A DNA stretch of 64,000 nt from Eledone cirrhosa. Lineage: Eukaryota. The notes under the pieces were generated by a model. That model had not been told where the DNA came from and did not search any database. It saw only the letters and a program-made list of their open reading frames with translations. Every line of letters starts with the position of its first letter. The first letter of the stretch is position 1. This document shows positions 38,236 through 51,499 of the stretch, piece by piece. The stretch lies in assembly GCA_964016885.1 (NCBI GenBank), contig OZ024740.1, forward strand, positions 297,724,001 to 297,788,000. Direction: 5' to 3'. The translations under genes were made by a program, and so were the position numbers.

Positions 38236-40099
38236 TATAATTATTAAAATATGCTGTTATATTGTGGAAGAGAGTTTAAACAAAGACTCAGATCAAGTTA
38301 CTTGTCAAACAAAAGTACAACCTCTGAAATACAAAAATATGATTACTAATATATATATATATGTGTGTGTCTGTGTGTGTGTGTGTGTGTGTGTCAGTGT
38401 GTCTATGTGTGTCTGTGTTTCTTGACACTTTAAACAAAGTGAAATGTGAAGGGTACACGTGAGATAAAAAGCCGTCTAACTTTATAAAGTATGTGAATTC
38501 TTTATATCGATATCGACGGAATACTGTCGGTTTTTAACGATCGGTTTTTCGGTTGTTTGATCAACGGAACAACCTGCTCCTGATTTTAGCGTGTAACTGG
38601 CTGAGTATTCCACAAACACGAGTAGTCCTAAAGTAGTACCCTCGGTGGTTCAGCGTGACAATGTGTGACGAGACTGACCCCTTTGTATTACAGGTGGTGT
38701 CTATCAGACAGACTTTCCCAACATATTCCGTCAACCAAATTTCATTTGTAAAGTATGAGTCGTCTCGAGGTTATTGTAAATGACACTTGTCTAAGATGTC
38801 ACGCAGTAGGATCGAACCCAGTACTTAGTGATATTAAAGCAAACCTCTTAACCATTCGGCTATGCTACGTCTACATTCTTAAATTTATATCTAAAGTGTA
38901 TCTGTGGTTTTCATGTCCTTAGAGCTCAAAGGATCGTCCCCTCCACCGCTTATTAATTTTTCTACCACCCTCCAGCTCTTATTACACCCCACCCCCAAGA
39001 AAGCTTATTATTGTTGTTATGATGGTTGTGACTGTTTGTGCAGTAGTAATAGTAGTAGTGATGATATTAGTTGTAGTTGTTAAGCTTATTGTTGGAATTG
39101 TGGTTTTGGTTATGGTAATGGTGACTGTTAGTGCAGTAGTTGTCGTGGTAGTGGTGGTTATTTCGGGATCCTTCTAGGGTTGATAAAATAAAGTACTATT
39201 TAAGTAGTGGTGTTGATTCAATTGATTTCCTTCTCCACCCCAAAGTTCTGGCCTTGCGCCTAAATTAGATACCGTTATTTTGTTGGTAAATGACAATGTT
39301 TTGGCAAAGTTATTGCTGTACTCTCAGATCTTGAATAATCGTCTCCCACCACCCCACCCCGTTTATTAAATTTTGCTAGTCTATCTCCGTCGAAATTTTG
39401 TTTTACATGGTATCATTCCTGCGACAATCAATTTTCTTTATACATTAAAAAACATTATACCTGACAAAACAAGAACATTAAAAGAAATCTCATACGTTAT
39501 AAAATAAAAAGGATGGGTTGTGGTCACAATATGTAAATTAAACGACTAATTCTGGGTTCTAAAAAAATCAAGGGAGACAACCTAGAAAAATTATCAATTT
39601 TCCACCTTCACTCCCTATTATTTGGGACCTGAAAGTATATTCGCCTTTCAATCTGAATTCAATCCACAAAAAATGTAATCCATTTATTGCTATATTTCTA
39701 ATGAAAGACTCTGTCAATCATTTTCAAATAAGTTTGGTAATGATAAAGTATTTCGAGGGATTTATTAATATAACTACCTTTTTTTTATAAAGATGGTGAG
39801 GCGGGTGGCGATGGATTGGCAGAATTGGTAGAGCATCCAGCAAAATGCTCCGCGGTATTTAGTAATAACCTTCTACGCCCTGAAATCAAATCCCACCAAG
39901 GTCAATTTTGCAATTCATCCTTCTGGCGTCGATTAAATAAAATACCAGTCAAATATTGGGTCAATATAATCGGTTTACTCATTCCCCAAATGTTATAATG
40001 GGGGTGAATTAATAGAATCGTTAGAGCATCGGTTAACTGAGTTCAAATACCGCCAAGATCTACTTTGCCGTTAAATCTTCCGGAGTCGATAAAAGAAAA

Positions 40100-40220
40100 T
40101 AATTGTTTCTACTTTTGGCACAAGGCCAGCAATTATCCAATGTATTACTGGTACTTTATTTTATCGACCCCGTAAGGATGAAAGGTAAAGTTAACCTCAG
40201 TGGGATAGGAACACAGACCA
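40100..40220 (-). mobile_element. tRNA-derived SINE, family 1 (partial); diverged plus-strand relatives at 39806-40095 and 48130-48400
   Basis: Core similarity. Confidence 0.7.
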
Positions 40221-40226
40221 TGTATG

Positions 40227-40268
<42 letters not shown>

Positions 40269-40385
40269 ATGTAATTCAGTGAATTACTGGTGGCTGTACC
40301 AAAATAAGGACAAGATACACATGCAAAGTGTATATATTAAGAAAGACGATGAAGTTATGCTTACATATACTTAGGTTTTTATTCG

Positions 40386-40470
40386 ACCTGTTACGCGAGT
40401 TTCGCAGAGGATTGGCTCAGGGTTACCCATAGAAGTTATGAACTTTATAGATCTGCTCTTCAGACTGCTG
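40386..40470 (-). ncRNA. Hammerhead motif inside a fold-back element (arms about 40340-40404 and 40477-40550)
   Basis: CUGAAGA-GCAGA...UCUGC-GAA-ACuCGCGU-A; the opposite arm keeps the palindromic GAAACGCGCGUA. Confidence 0.6.
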
Positions 40471-40629
40471 ATTCAACGAAACGCGCGTAGCAGTTCGATA
40501 CACAATAAAAATTAAAAAACTAGATGTAAACGAAACTTCACCGTTTTTCTTTATATATATATATTTCTGCTTTCATATGATATACAATCTTTATCGAACT
40601 CTCTTCGGATTTTGATCTTCGTAATTATC

Positions 40630-40700
<71 letters not shown>

Positions 40701-40739
40701 AGAGACAAACAAAGGTATATACATATATACATTCAAATT

Positions 40740-42115
40740 ACAAATGTAAGGTTGTAACACCCACGTCCCGTAGGGCCTACATAGGGTTAACCGCCAATAG
40801 ATTCAAGCAGCGTCTTTACATGCATACCCATTCTTTTCGTTACCCTCTAAGAAGGAATATGACGTCACTTTCAGCTTATATCTGGAGTCTAAAAGACAAC
40901 CACACCTAATATAAGTTACACTGGGAGATCCTAGCTAGGGCTAGATCGTATAACGGAAATAAAACACCATGTGACCTCTGCGCGCTGAGGCCCTGGAAAT
41001 GCTCTACGCCACAGACCACATCTTAAACAAAAAATCTGAGGTAATTTCGGCTTGTAAACATAAATTGCACAAAACTTTCCTATATTACAGCCCCACGGTA
41101 TACCCTAACGGATAGTACGATTTATACGTGGATATTTTACGTCTTGATGTGGGAGCTAAGTATGTTTTGTTTATACCATTACTTATTTGCATAGGTAAGT
41201 ATATTTTACCCGTATGTTTTGTGAAGGTACGTATACCTTCTCGTACATATATTTGATTGTTTATGTTATGGCGTATAATTTTATATATTCTGGTACATAT
41301 GGTTTGGTTATGTGTATACGAGAGTTTTGAGTCTGTGCAAGTATGCAGGTTCGTACGTATGTTGGGTGTGTGTATATGTGTCCTTCATGTTTTGGTTGAC
41401 TTACGTCTCCGAACATTCGTGTATTTACATGTAGGTATGTGTGTGCGCTTGTTATATACGTATTTATTTATTTATATACGTTTATATAATTATTTATTTA
41501 TTTGTATACACGCATACACACACATATTTATATGTGCGTGGTTTTGTATACCGATGGTAAGTGTTCTGCGTATGCTTGTGTATGTACGTATTTGTTTGCG
41601 TGTATGTATTTATTTATTTCTATTACTTCTGTATTGTATTTATTTACTTTGCTCTTAACTCTGTAGCGGAGATTCATTCGGTCTCCTAGTTAGAATTTTA
41701 GTCTACGACTTCTGCTATACCATTTACGTGGTTTTGTCTTTGCGTGCTATTGTTCTCCACGCTCCACATATGACGTATTATCTTCGTTTTTTTTCGTTCA
41801 TTGCCAGAGAACGTCTCTATGAACCACCTAAGAGAACATTAGTCTACGCCCTCTTTTATACCATAAACGTGGTTCTGTCTTTGCGCGTAATTGTTTTTCG
41901 CCGCTCCTATTAATGGCGTATTATATTCGTTTTTTCCCGTTCTTTGCCAGGGAACGTTTCCACGAACCAAAGTATCGTCTTCCTGTCTTCCTCCGGTTGC
42001 AACGTTTTTTGAAATATCCACTTCTGCGTTTACAGATTGACTTTGTTAGTTTCAGAAGATCCCGTTAAGGGTGAAAGCAGCGATTCTTTGCTTAAACTTT
42101 AATCTGTTATTTTAA
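40740..42115 (+). mobile_element. Penelope-like element 3' fragment: GIY-YIG remnant, 3' tail and terminal repeat
   Basis: YIGLTANRFKQRLYMH..LHWEILA..LNKKSEVISACKH; closely similar to 20090-20560. Confidence 0.85.
42032..42107 (+). ncRNA. Extended type I hammerhead fold with non-canonical CAGAAGA (U4A) core
   Basis: ACAGAUUGA cuuuguu AGUUU-CAGAAGA-uCCCguuaaGGGu-GAA-AGCA..UGCU-U-AAACU UUAAUCUGU. Confidence 0.6.
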
Positions 42116-42190
42116 TAAATATTTGCTCTACGGTTCTTATATATTTGATATATATTTATCCTTATCGATAAATTTATTATTATTACTATA

Positions 42191-42222
<32 letters not shown>

Positions 42223-42295
42223 CACACATATATATATATACACACATATATATATATATACACACATATATATATATACACACACATATATATAT

Positions 42296-42369
42296 ATATT
42301 GTTATACTTTGGGAGGGTCATGTTGCCAATAATTATTGGCAACATGACCCTCCCAAAGTATAACAATAT
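42296..42369. repeat. Perfect ~70-bp hairpin of a short repeat family also seen at 9275-9370, 10795-10845 and 47645-47690
   Basis: attgttatactttgggagggtcatgttgccaataattattggcaacatgaccctcccaaagtataacaat. Confidence 0.8.
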
Positions 42370-42423
42370 CGATTTCAACACACGATTTCAGATAAAGAAT
42401 CTTGCTAAACAAATTCAGAAACG

Positions 42424-42461
<38 letters not shown>

Positions 42462-42633
42462 AAATGTGGTAAGGAACCAAGTGTATTATTCTATGTACTA
42501 TACATACACCTTTGACGAGTTGTAGTGCACCTGAGCACTTTACACAATAATTTCATTATTATTATTATAAAGCACCAAAGTACTCAATACTTAGGGTAGT
42601 AGAGTGGGTAAAGGTAAATATATATATATATAT

Positions 42634-42675
<42 letters not shown>

Positions 42676-42998
42676 GGTGGTATTTACCTGTATACAGCAG
42701 GACCAATAGAACTTAATGTAGTAGGGATACGAATATCCCATCGATAAAAGGTATAGAATGGTTTTGTTTTTGTGGGAGAATGCTATATGTTGGTTGAGTC
42801 AACAACATATATGCTGTGTATTCAAACTACAGTGTCAGATATATAGTTGGAATAATGAAGCCGAGGTTTACTGCTTAATTAGTTCTTAATTAGTTATTAG
42901 AACTAATTAAGCGCTAAACCTCGTCTTTATGTTTTCATTGTTCAACCTATATATATATATATATATATATACATATAGTGGTTCTCCCGGTTGGTACA

Positions 42999-43072
<74 letters not shown>

Positions 43073-43260
43073 TATATATGTGTGTGTGTGTGTGTGTGTG
43101 TATGTATATGTATAATATATGCATTTACACATTCACATGAACGAATGCTTGTATGTAGACATATGTATATATATATGTACAGTATGAATGCATATATATA
43201 TATGTCTGTGTATATGTACAATATGTATGTATATATATGTATAGTATGTAGGTATGTATG

Positions 43261-43295
<35 letters not shown>

Positions 43296-43500
43296 TAAGT
43301 ATGTATATATGTACAGTATGTATGGAAATGTGAGACATACAACCCAACATCCCACATTGCTGTGGGCGCCTGACCCAGAACGAAACATTCTCGTCTCTCC
43401 CACTATCGTTTTATTTACTCTCTTCCTCTTCTCTACCTTTCTCTATCATTGTTGTCTTCTCTCTCTCTCTCTCTCTCTTTCTCTTTCTCTATCATTGTTG

Positions 43501-43544
<44 letters not shown>

Positions 43545-43772
43545 CTCTCTATCATTGTTGTTCTCTCTCTCTCTTTCTTTCTCTCTATCATTGTTGATCT
43601 CTCTCTCTTTCTTTCTCTCTTTCTTTTCTCTCACTCTCTCTCTTTCTTCCTCTCTTTCTCGTTCTCCCTTTCTTACCCTCTCTCTCTCTCTCCCCTCTCT
43701 CTCAATCTCTCCCTCTCTCTATCTCACCCTCTTTTTCTATCTCTGTCTTCCTTTCCCACTCTCTCTCCCCTA

Positions 43773-43832
<60 letters not shown>

Positions 43833-44199
43833 CCTCTCTCTCTATGTATCCCTTGTCTGAGGGGTCACGAGAAAGGAGATGTCGAAGGCAAGGGTTTTCA
43901 GAACGGAGGACTTGTGTGGAGGTCTGGGGTAGTCTACAGAAGTGTATGAATGCTTTTAGAAGCGCGTGAGTGAGACGATTGTTTCATCAATGACCTGTGG
44001 CTAGACATGTAGATGGATGTAAGAGCGGCGGCGGCGGCGGCGTTGGTGACGGTGGTGGCGGTGGTGGTGGCGGTGGTGCAGCGTTAGTAGTTAGAGGGGT
44101 AGGCAGTGGTGGTGGGGGTGATGAGAGTGGTGGGGAGTTGTGGTTTTAGCGGCGGCAGAGGAGATGGTGCGGTGGTGGTGGTGGTGATGATGGGGGGTG

Positions 44200-46500
44200 G
44201 GGGTGATAGAGGCGGCGGTGGAGACGGTGGGGGTGTGTTGGTTGTGGTGAGGGGTGTTTGTCGTAGAGGTGGCGGTGGAGATGGTGTGGTGGTGATGGAG
44301 GGAGGTGTTTGTCGTAGAGGTGGCGGTGGAGATGGTGTGGTCGTGATGGAGGGAGGTGTTTGTCGTAGAGGTGGCGGTGGAGATGGTGTGGTGGTGATGG
44401 AGGGAGGTGTTTGTCGTAGAGGCGGCGGTGGAGATGGTGTGGTGGTGATGGTGGGAGGTGTTGGTTGTAGAGGCGGCGGTGGAGATGGTGTGGTGGTGAT
44501 GGTGGAGGGTGTTGGTTGTAGAGGCGGCGGTGGAGATGGTGTAGTAGTGATGGTGGAGGGTGTTGATTGTAGAGGTGGCGGTGGAGATGGTGTAGTAGTG
44601 ATGGTGGAGGGTGTTGGTCGTAGAGGCGGCGGTGGAGATGGTGTGGTGGTGATAGTGGAGGGTGTTGGTTGTAGAGGTGGCGGTGGAGATGGTGTGGTGG
44701 TGATGGTGGAGGGTGTTGGTTGTAGAGGCGGCGGTGGAGATGGTGTGGTGGTGATGGTGGAGGGAGGTGTTTGTCGTAGAGGCGGCGGTGGAGATGGTGT
44801 GGTGGTGATGGTGGAGGGAGGTGTTTGTCGTAGAGGTGGCGGTGGAGATGGTGTGGTGGTGATGGTGGAGGGTGTTGGTCGTAGAGGCGGTGGTGGAGAT
44901 GGTGTGGTGGTGATGGTGGAGAGTGTTGGTTGTAGAGGCGGCGGTGGAGATGGTCTGGTGGTGATGGTGGAGGGTGTTGGTTGTAGAGGCGGCGGTGGAG
45001 ATGGTCTGGTGGTGATGGTGGAGGGTGTTGGTTGTAGAGGCGGCGGTGGAGATGGTGTGGTGGTGATGGTGGAGGGTGTTGGTTGTAGAGGCGGCGGTGG
45101 AGATGGTCTGGTGGTGATGGTGGAGGGTGTTGGTTGTAGAGGCGGCGGTGGAGATGGTGTGGTGGTGATGGTGGAGGGTGTTGGTTGTAGAGGCGGCGGT
45201 GGAGATGGTGTGGTGGTGATGGTGGAGGGTGTTGGTTGTAGAGGCGGCGGTGGAGATGGTGTGGTGGTGATGGTGGAGAGTGTTGGTTGTAGAGGCGGCG
45301 GTGGAGATGGTGTAGTAGTGATGGTGGAGGGTGTTGGTTGTAGAGGTGGCGGTGCAGATGGTGTGATGGTGATGGTGGAGGGTGTTGGTTGTAGAGGCGG
45401 CGGTGGAGACGGTGTGGTGGTGCTGGTGGAGGGTGTTGGTTGTAGAGGTGGCGGTGCAGATGGTGTGATGGTGATGGTGGAGGGTGTTGGTTGTAGAGGC
45501 GGCGGTGGAGACGGTGTGGTGGTGCTGGTGGAGGGTGTTGGTTGTAGAGGCGGCGGTGGAGATGGTGTGGTGGTGATGGTGGAGGGTGTTGGTTGTAGAG
45601 GCGGCGGTGGAGATGGTGTAGTAGTGATGGTGGAGGGTGTTGGTTGTAGAGGTGGCGGTGCAGATGGTGTGATGGTGATGGTGGAGGGTGTTGGTTGTAG
45701 AGGCGGCGGTGGAGACGGTGTGGTGGTGCTGGTGGAGGGTGTTGGTTGTAGAGGCGGCGGTGGAGATGGTCTGGTGGTGATGGTGGAGGGTGTTGGTCGT
45801 AGAGGCGGCGGTGGAGATGGTGTGGTGGTGATGGTGGAGGGTGTTTGTCGTAGAGGCGGCGGTGGAGATGGTCTGGTGGTGATGGTGGAGGGTGTTGGTT
45901 GTAGAGGCGGCGGTGGAGATGGTCTGGTGGTGATGGTGGAGGGTGTTGGTCGTAGAGGCGGCGGTGGAGATGGTGTGGTGGTGATGGTGGAGGGTGTTTG
46001 TCGTAGAGGCGGCGGTGGAGATGGTCTGGTGGTGATGGTGGAGGGTGTTGGTCGTAGAGGCGGCGGTGGAGATGGTGTGGTGGTGATGGTGGAGGGTGTT
46101 GGTTGTAGAGGCGGCGGTGGAGATGGTGTGGTGGTGATGGTGGAGGGTGTTGGTTGTAGAGGCGGCGGTGGAGATGGTGTGGTGGTGATGGTGGAGGGTG
46201 TTGGTCGTAGAGGCGGCGGTGGAGATGGTGTGGTGGTGATGGTGGAGGGTGTTGGTCGTAGAGGCGGCGGTGGAGATGGTGTGGTGGTGATGGTGGAGGG
46301 TGTTGGTCGTAGAGGCGGCGGTGGAGATGGTGTGGTGGTGATGGTGGAGGGTGTTGGTTGTAGAGGCGGCGGTGGAGATGGTGTGGTGGTGATGGTGGAG
46401 GGTGTTGGTCGTAGAGGCGGTTGTGCGGATGGTGTGGTGGTGATGGTGGAGGGTGTTGGTCGTAGAGGCGGCTGTGCGGATGGTGTGGTGGTGATGGTGG
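44200..46500. repeat. GT-rich minisatellite, 51-bp unit, about 45 copies
   Basis: Unit ggtggagatggtgtggtggtgatggtggagggtgttggttgtagaggcggc; explains the 901-aa and 883-aa ORFs. Confidence 0.95.
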
Positions 46501-46936
46501 TAGTGCTGGTGGTGGTTGTGTTAGTGGTAGTGGTGCTGGTGGTGGTTGTGGTAGTTCTGGTGGTGATTGTGTTAGTGGTGGTGCTGATGGTGGTGCTGGT
46601 GATGATGGTAGTAGTGCTGGTGGTGGTTGTGTTACTGGTGGTGGTTGTGTTAGTGGTGGTGCTGGTGTTGGTAGTGCTGGTGGCGGTTGTGTTAGTAGTG
46701 GTGGTGGTGGTGTTGGTGGTGGTGGTGGTGATGATGAGATGGTGGTTGTGGTTGTAGTAATGGTTGTGGTAGTGGTTAGCAGTTTTCACAATGTTGATGT
46801 TCCCTGGGTTGTGAGTGATGACAAAAGAGATAGCAGGGTTTTCTTTTTTATGTTGTGGGTTTGGTTTTCTCAGTGTTGTTATTGGGATGTTCTTAGCCTT
46901 GGAGACACGGTTATGTCAGTTCAGATATTTATATGG

Positions 46937-47026
<90 letters not shown>

Positions 47027-47235
47027 CTGAGTTTTTCGAATATTAATAATAATAATATTCGATTCGTTTGCAATGATGCAAACAGCCTCTTTTATAATCC
47101 ATGTCAGTAGAATGAGCCCCTCATTCTCGCTCTTGTGTTGCCATGCAAATATGCAAATCAGACCGATCAGTCACTGTATATTTTAGAAAATAGCATATAT
47201 TTTCACTAGCTCTGACAGTTAGCAATCGAGCAGTA

Positions 47236-47284
47236 AACTACACTGATGAATGGTAATCATCCAGAAACATTAGTGTCTGCAGTT
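47236..47284 (+). ncRNA. Type I hammerhead with GUC cleavage triplet, in the loop of a ~120-bp inverted repeat (47030-47149 / 47288-47405)
   Basis: AACUaCA-CUGAUGA-A-UGG..CCA-GAA-ACAuuagUGU-C-UGcAGUU; a solo arm copy lies at 7572-7692. Confidence 0.8.
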
Positions 47285-47443
47285 CTGTTTGCATGCCAAC
47301 ACAAGAGCGAAAATGAGGGGCTCATTCTACTGACATGGCTTTAGAAAAGAGGCCGTTTGCATAATTGCAAGTGGATCGAATATTATTATTAATATTCGAA
47401 AAACTTTTATTGTATTCAGCCATGTAGAGCGATAACTAGTTGT

Positions 47444-47549
<106 letters not shown>

Positions 47550-47927
47550 GGCAAGATATAAACTTGCGTATTTGAGGAGATACCGAAGTGGAAATTTGTA
47601 TTAAATTGAAGTGAAAAAAACAACAGGTGCGTGTGTTTTTTCTTGATGGCATGACCCTCCCAAAATATAACAATATCTGTTTCAACACACTTTAACGGTT
47701 CGTGGTATCGTGATCATGTTGAAGAGAATTATGGCTATTTCAAGCGTGTATATCACATTACAATTCTTCTCTTCGTGGTACACGGAAGCCAAACCAACAT
47801 ACAATCTATGACACAATAACAGACGGAATGATCACGGCTGGAACGTCTTTGGTTATAGTTCTGCTGATCCAGGTTGACACAGACGTTAAATATGATCAAT
47901 AAACGAAAAAAATGCCTTAAGAACTGT

Positions 47928-47984
<57 letters not shown>

Positions 47985-47992
47985 CACCACTA

Positions 47993-48040
<48 letters not shown>

Positions 48041-49774
48041 TTACTACTATTACTATAGCCACCACTACCACTATTACTACTACTACAATGTCCATCTATG
48101 GGCTCAGAACATTTATTATTAAGATGAGTATGTCATCCTTGTAGGGTTGATAAATAAAGAACAAAGGATGCACTGGGGTTGATTTAATCGACTTTCCCCA
48201 CCCCAAAATTGTTGGCCTTGTGTTTAAGATGAGTAGAAAGGTTGAATTTATAGAACGGCTAGATCGGTAGTATTTATTCCGGTTCTTACGCTAAGTTCAA
48301 ATATTATTACGCTAAGTTCAAATATCGCTGAGATCAACTTTGCCCTTTATCCTTCCGGGATCAATGAAATAAAGTGCTAGTCAAGTACTTCGGATAATAT
48401 AATCGCCTAAATCTAAAAACCATTATGAATATGAATAACAACAGTCCGTTTTTAGGCACCTTCATACAAAATGTTATACAAAGGTTATCTACCTTGGATT
48501 AGAGTCACCTCCCTTGAAATTGTTTTATTTCTAAAGAGCAATGATTTTCAATGTTTGTGTGATCTCTCGTCGCCCTATCTTTGCATGTTTAACCCCTTTG
48601 TTTACAAATTTCTTATGAAAAACACTACATATAATTTTTTATGATTTTGAAAATAATCTGGAACTTGCGGTGATTCAGTAACTTCGTTATTTATGTGGTG
48701 TTCTGAACCAAATTTAAGATTCTTTTACAAAATTATGAAGGTGGCGTTTTAGAGAAATATAAACACTTTTAAAAATCATCTGGGGCAGTTTCAGATGTTT
48801 TTTGCGTCAAAATGATTAAGGTAGACGACATCTTTATTGTACGGATATTGAAAAAGAACAAACTCAAAATAAATGCTTGTCCCTAAATTCTGACCACCAC
48901 CCTCTAGGATTCCACGACATCTCAATTGGAAACCAGTATCATAATCGAGCCAGCTACCTATAGTCTCTGACAACAATAACAAAAAAAGTTAACAACAGAT
49001 ATCCTCCTCATCATCATCATCATTATTTTACGTGTGCTTTCCATGCTGACAAACTTGGGCGGGTTGTCACGGACCATGAGTAGACAGATCGGGGAACCAC
49101 GCCTGGCTTATATGTTAAATATTTTGGAATATGTTTTACAACAGGATACACTTCCTAACGCCAACCGTTTGACAAAATGCAACAGATACTTTGATCGTGC
49201 CACCAGTACTGCTACTTTGCAGAGTGTGGTGGGTGTGTTTTGTCGTGACGCCAACATTTCGAAGAAATTCCCTGTCGAAACACTAAAACTTTCCTCTCCT
49301 TCTGACACAAAAACTTCACTTATATTATAAATATAGATACAGATGGGGTCAGGTTTCTGTAACCTTGTATAACCTGCTTCATGACCGAGTGGTCGGTGAC
49401 TAAACCAGCTCCCCCACCAGACCCAGTTAATAGGGCAGATGAACACCTCAGAGTCAACGGCCATCCAGTCCAACTATGGGTTAAATAGCATCTCGAACCT
49501 GCAATTGGCCAAGTGTGGGTGAGTACAGCTACACCTCTAAAGACATGACCAAAATCAAAAGTGGTGGAGGTCAACCAGGAAGGGGTTCCTCCAACAGGGG
49601 TGAGAAGGTCCTGGATTTGGATAGACACAGCAAAGATAATGATTTATATATATATATATATTTTTTTTTTTTCTGTTTTTTTATTTATTTAATGACTCCA
49701 TTTTTATTAGAGAAAGGCAATGAAGAATGACATGATGTTGAATGAAAACAAAAGCGATATATACAAACACACAC

Positions 49775-50437
49775 ACACCGACCACAACTAAATATGGAAT
49801 GAGACGCGATGGGGCCCCGCCACAGCCCCGGCGGTAAGAATGGAGAAGGCGTTTCCCCGGAAGACAGCAAGGGAGACGCGCTGGAAAAGCCACTCCAACT
49901 CGCGGGGCTCACACCTGCGGCTGGCCAGCTCAGCGCCTATGGTGGTGAGTAGGGAGGTAGACCAGGACACCAGAAGTCACCAGAAGCCAAGGACACCAGA
50001 AGTCTCCACTGCCAGGGGTACAACCGCAAACCTGTCGGAGAGCGACTGGTATTTGAGGAGTTTGGCTTCCTCAGCCCGACGTGCAGCAGAACCCGGGTTA
50101 ATCGCAGACTGCACCAGGTTGCGGCTGCAGAAAGTGTCGGTGCAGGAGGCATCCCAGACGAGAGGTTTACTACCGCGGAACGGGAAGATGGTCATGCCAT
50201 CTGGCTTTTTGCCGTCCCCTCGGTCCAGCCCCACCGGCTTGAGCTGGGAAGGGAAGCCTGCAGCGTCCAAGCCATGCTTTATGACCTCGTTGAGGGCAGC
50301 ATGGCGTGGAAGGCGGCCGGCACTGTAGCGACAGGAAATCAGGTGGAGGCCGAAAGGGTCCACGGTGGATCAGCAGCGACATTGGTGTGGCTCGCAGATC
50401 CGGAGGCCGAGCCTCAAGGAAACGCCAATGCGCAGGC
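49775..50437 (-). mobile_element. CRE-like non-LTR retrotransposon fragment (zinc knuckle + restriction-like endonuclease)
   Basis: DPFGLHLISC..RHAALN..KPDGMT..LVWD..K..KY..PLAVETSG..WLFQRVSLAVFRGNA. Confidence 0.8.
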
Positions 50438-51340
50438 TATTATTGTCTAGCTGCACAGCTACTATTACTACTAATAATGCTACTATTACTGCTGCTACTA
50501 TTCATGCTGCTACTGTTGCTGCTGCTGCTATTCTTTATTCTTCTCCTTCGCCTTCTTCTTCTCGGTATTCTTCTTCTTCTTCTTCGACATTCCGTTATGA
50601 TCTCAGAACGCGGCGACTTTATTGTGAAAACGAAAACCATAACTACGAAAAACATAAATACTAAAGTTATGTCCCTTGGCGGCAGAGTTGTCTTACTTGA
50701 ATTTTTTTTTTTTTTCTCATCAGTTTAAAGATATACAGCAAGTAGAAATAGCAACCAGTTCTCCCTCAGATCAGGCCATGCCGTCTTAAAAGATGGAGGG
50801 AAACACTAGATTATTTAATCCTCCATACATTATGTCTGAAGAAAAGACGGTATACTGATGACTGGAGAACCTTTCAGAATAGATTTTTTTCAATGAAATT
50901 TAATATGGAGGTGTGATCAAACAACTACAACATCAATAACACTCACAGATCACTGACAATGATTATGGCTAGTTTTGAAAAAAATAGAATCCGACCCACT
51001 CCAACCTCTTTTTTATATATTAAGATCTCCTTCAGCAAAAGGACAGTCTTTATCGCATTTTTTTTTTCTTTTTCTTGGGGCTATTTAGACCAAGGTTAGT
51101 CCCCAGGAACAAATTATATGATCGGTAATAACGAAACTCTCTTCTTCTTCTTCTCTCACTTATTCCTGAGAAGGTCGTGGGGGCAGAACTCAAACACTGT
51201 TTCCAGCGAGTCCTGTCGGAATCATCCGTTTCCAACTGATCCGGCTGGATCCCCAAACGAAACCAGCCGGGCTCATGGATGTTACCCAGTACTGTGTCAC
51301 TCTGAATCTCCTTGAAGTTTACTTTACGGGTACACATGTT

Positions 51341-51393
<53 letters not shown>

Positions 51394-51499
51394 TCAGGTT
51401 ATCAATAATGTAGTGATAATATATCGTCACATTAGAGATGAACAGCGTACGTGCAGGTTTGCTCAACGAGTATAAATTATATTCCGGAGAAAATGTAGA

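Noticed and set aside
48791-48982. 63-aa minus-strand ORF behind a plausible acceptor
   Set aside because: No recognisable domain or partner exon; unsupported.
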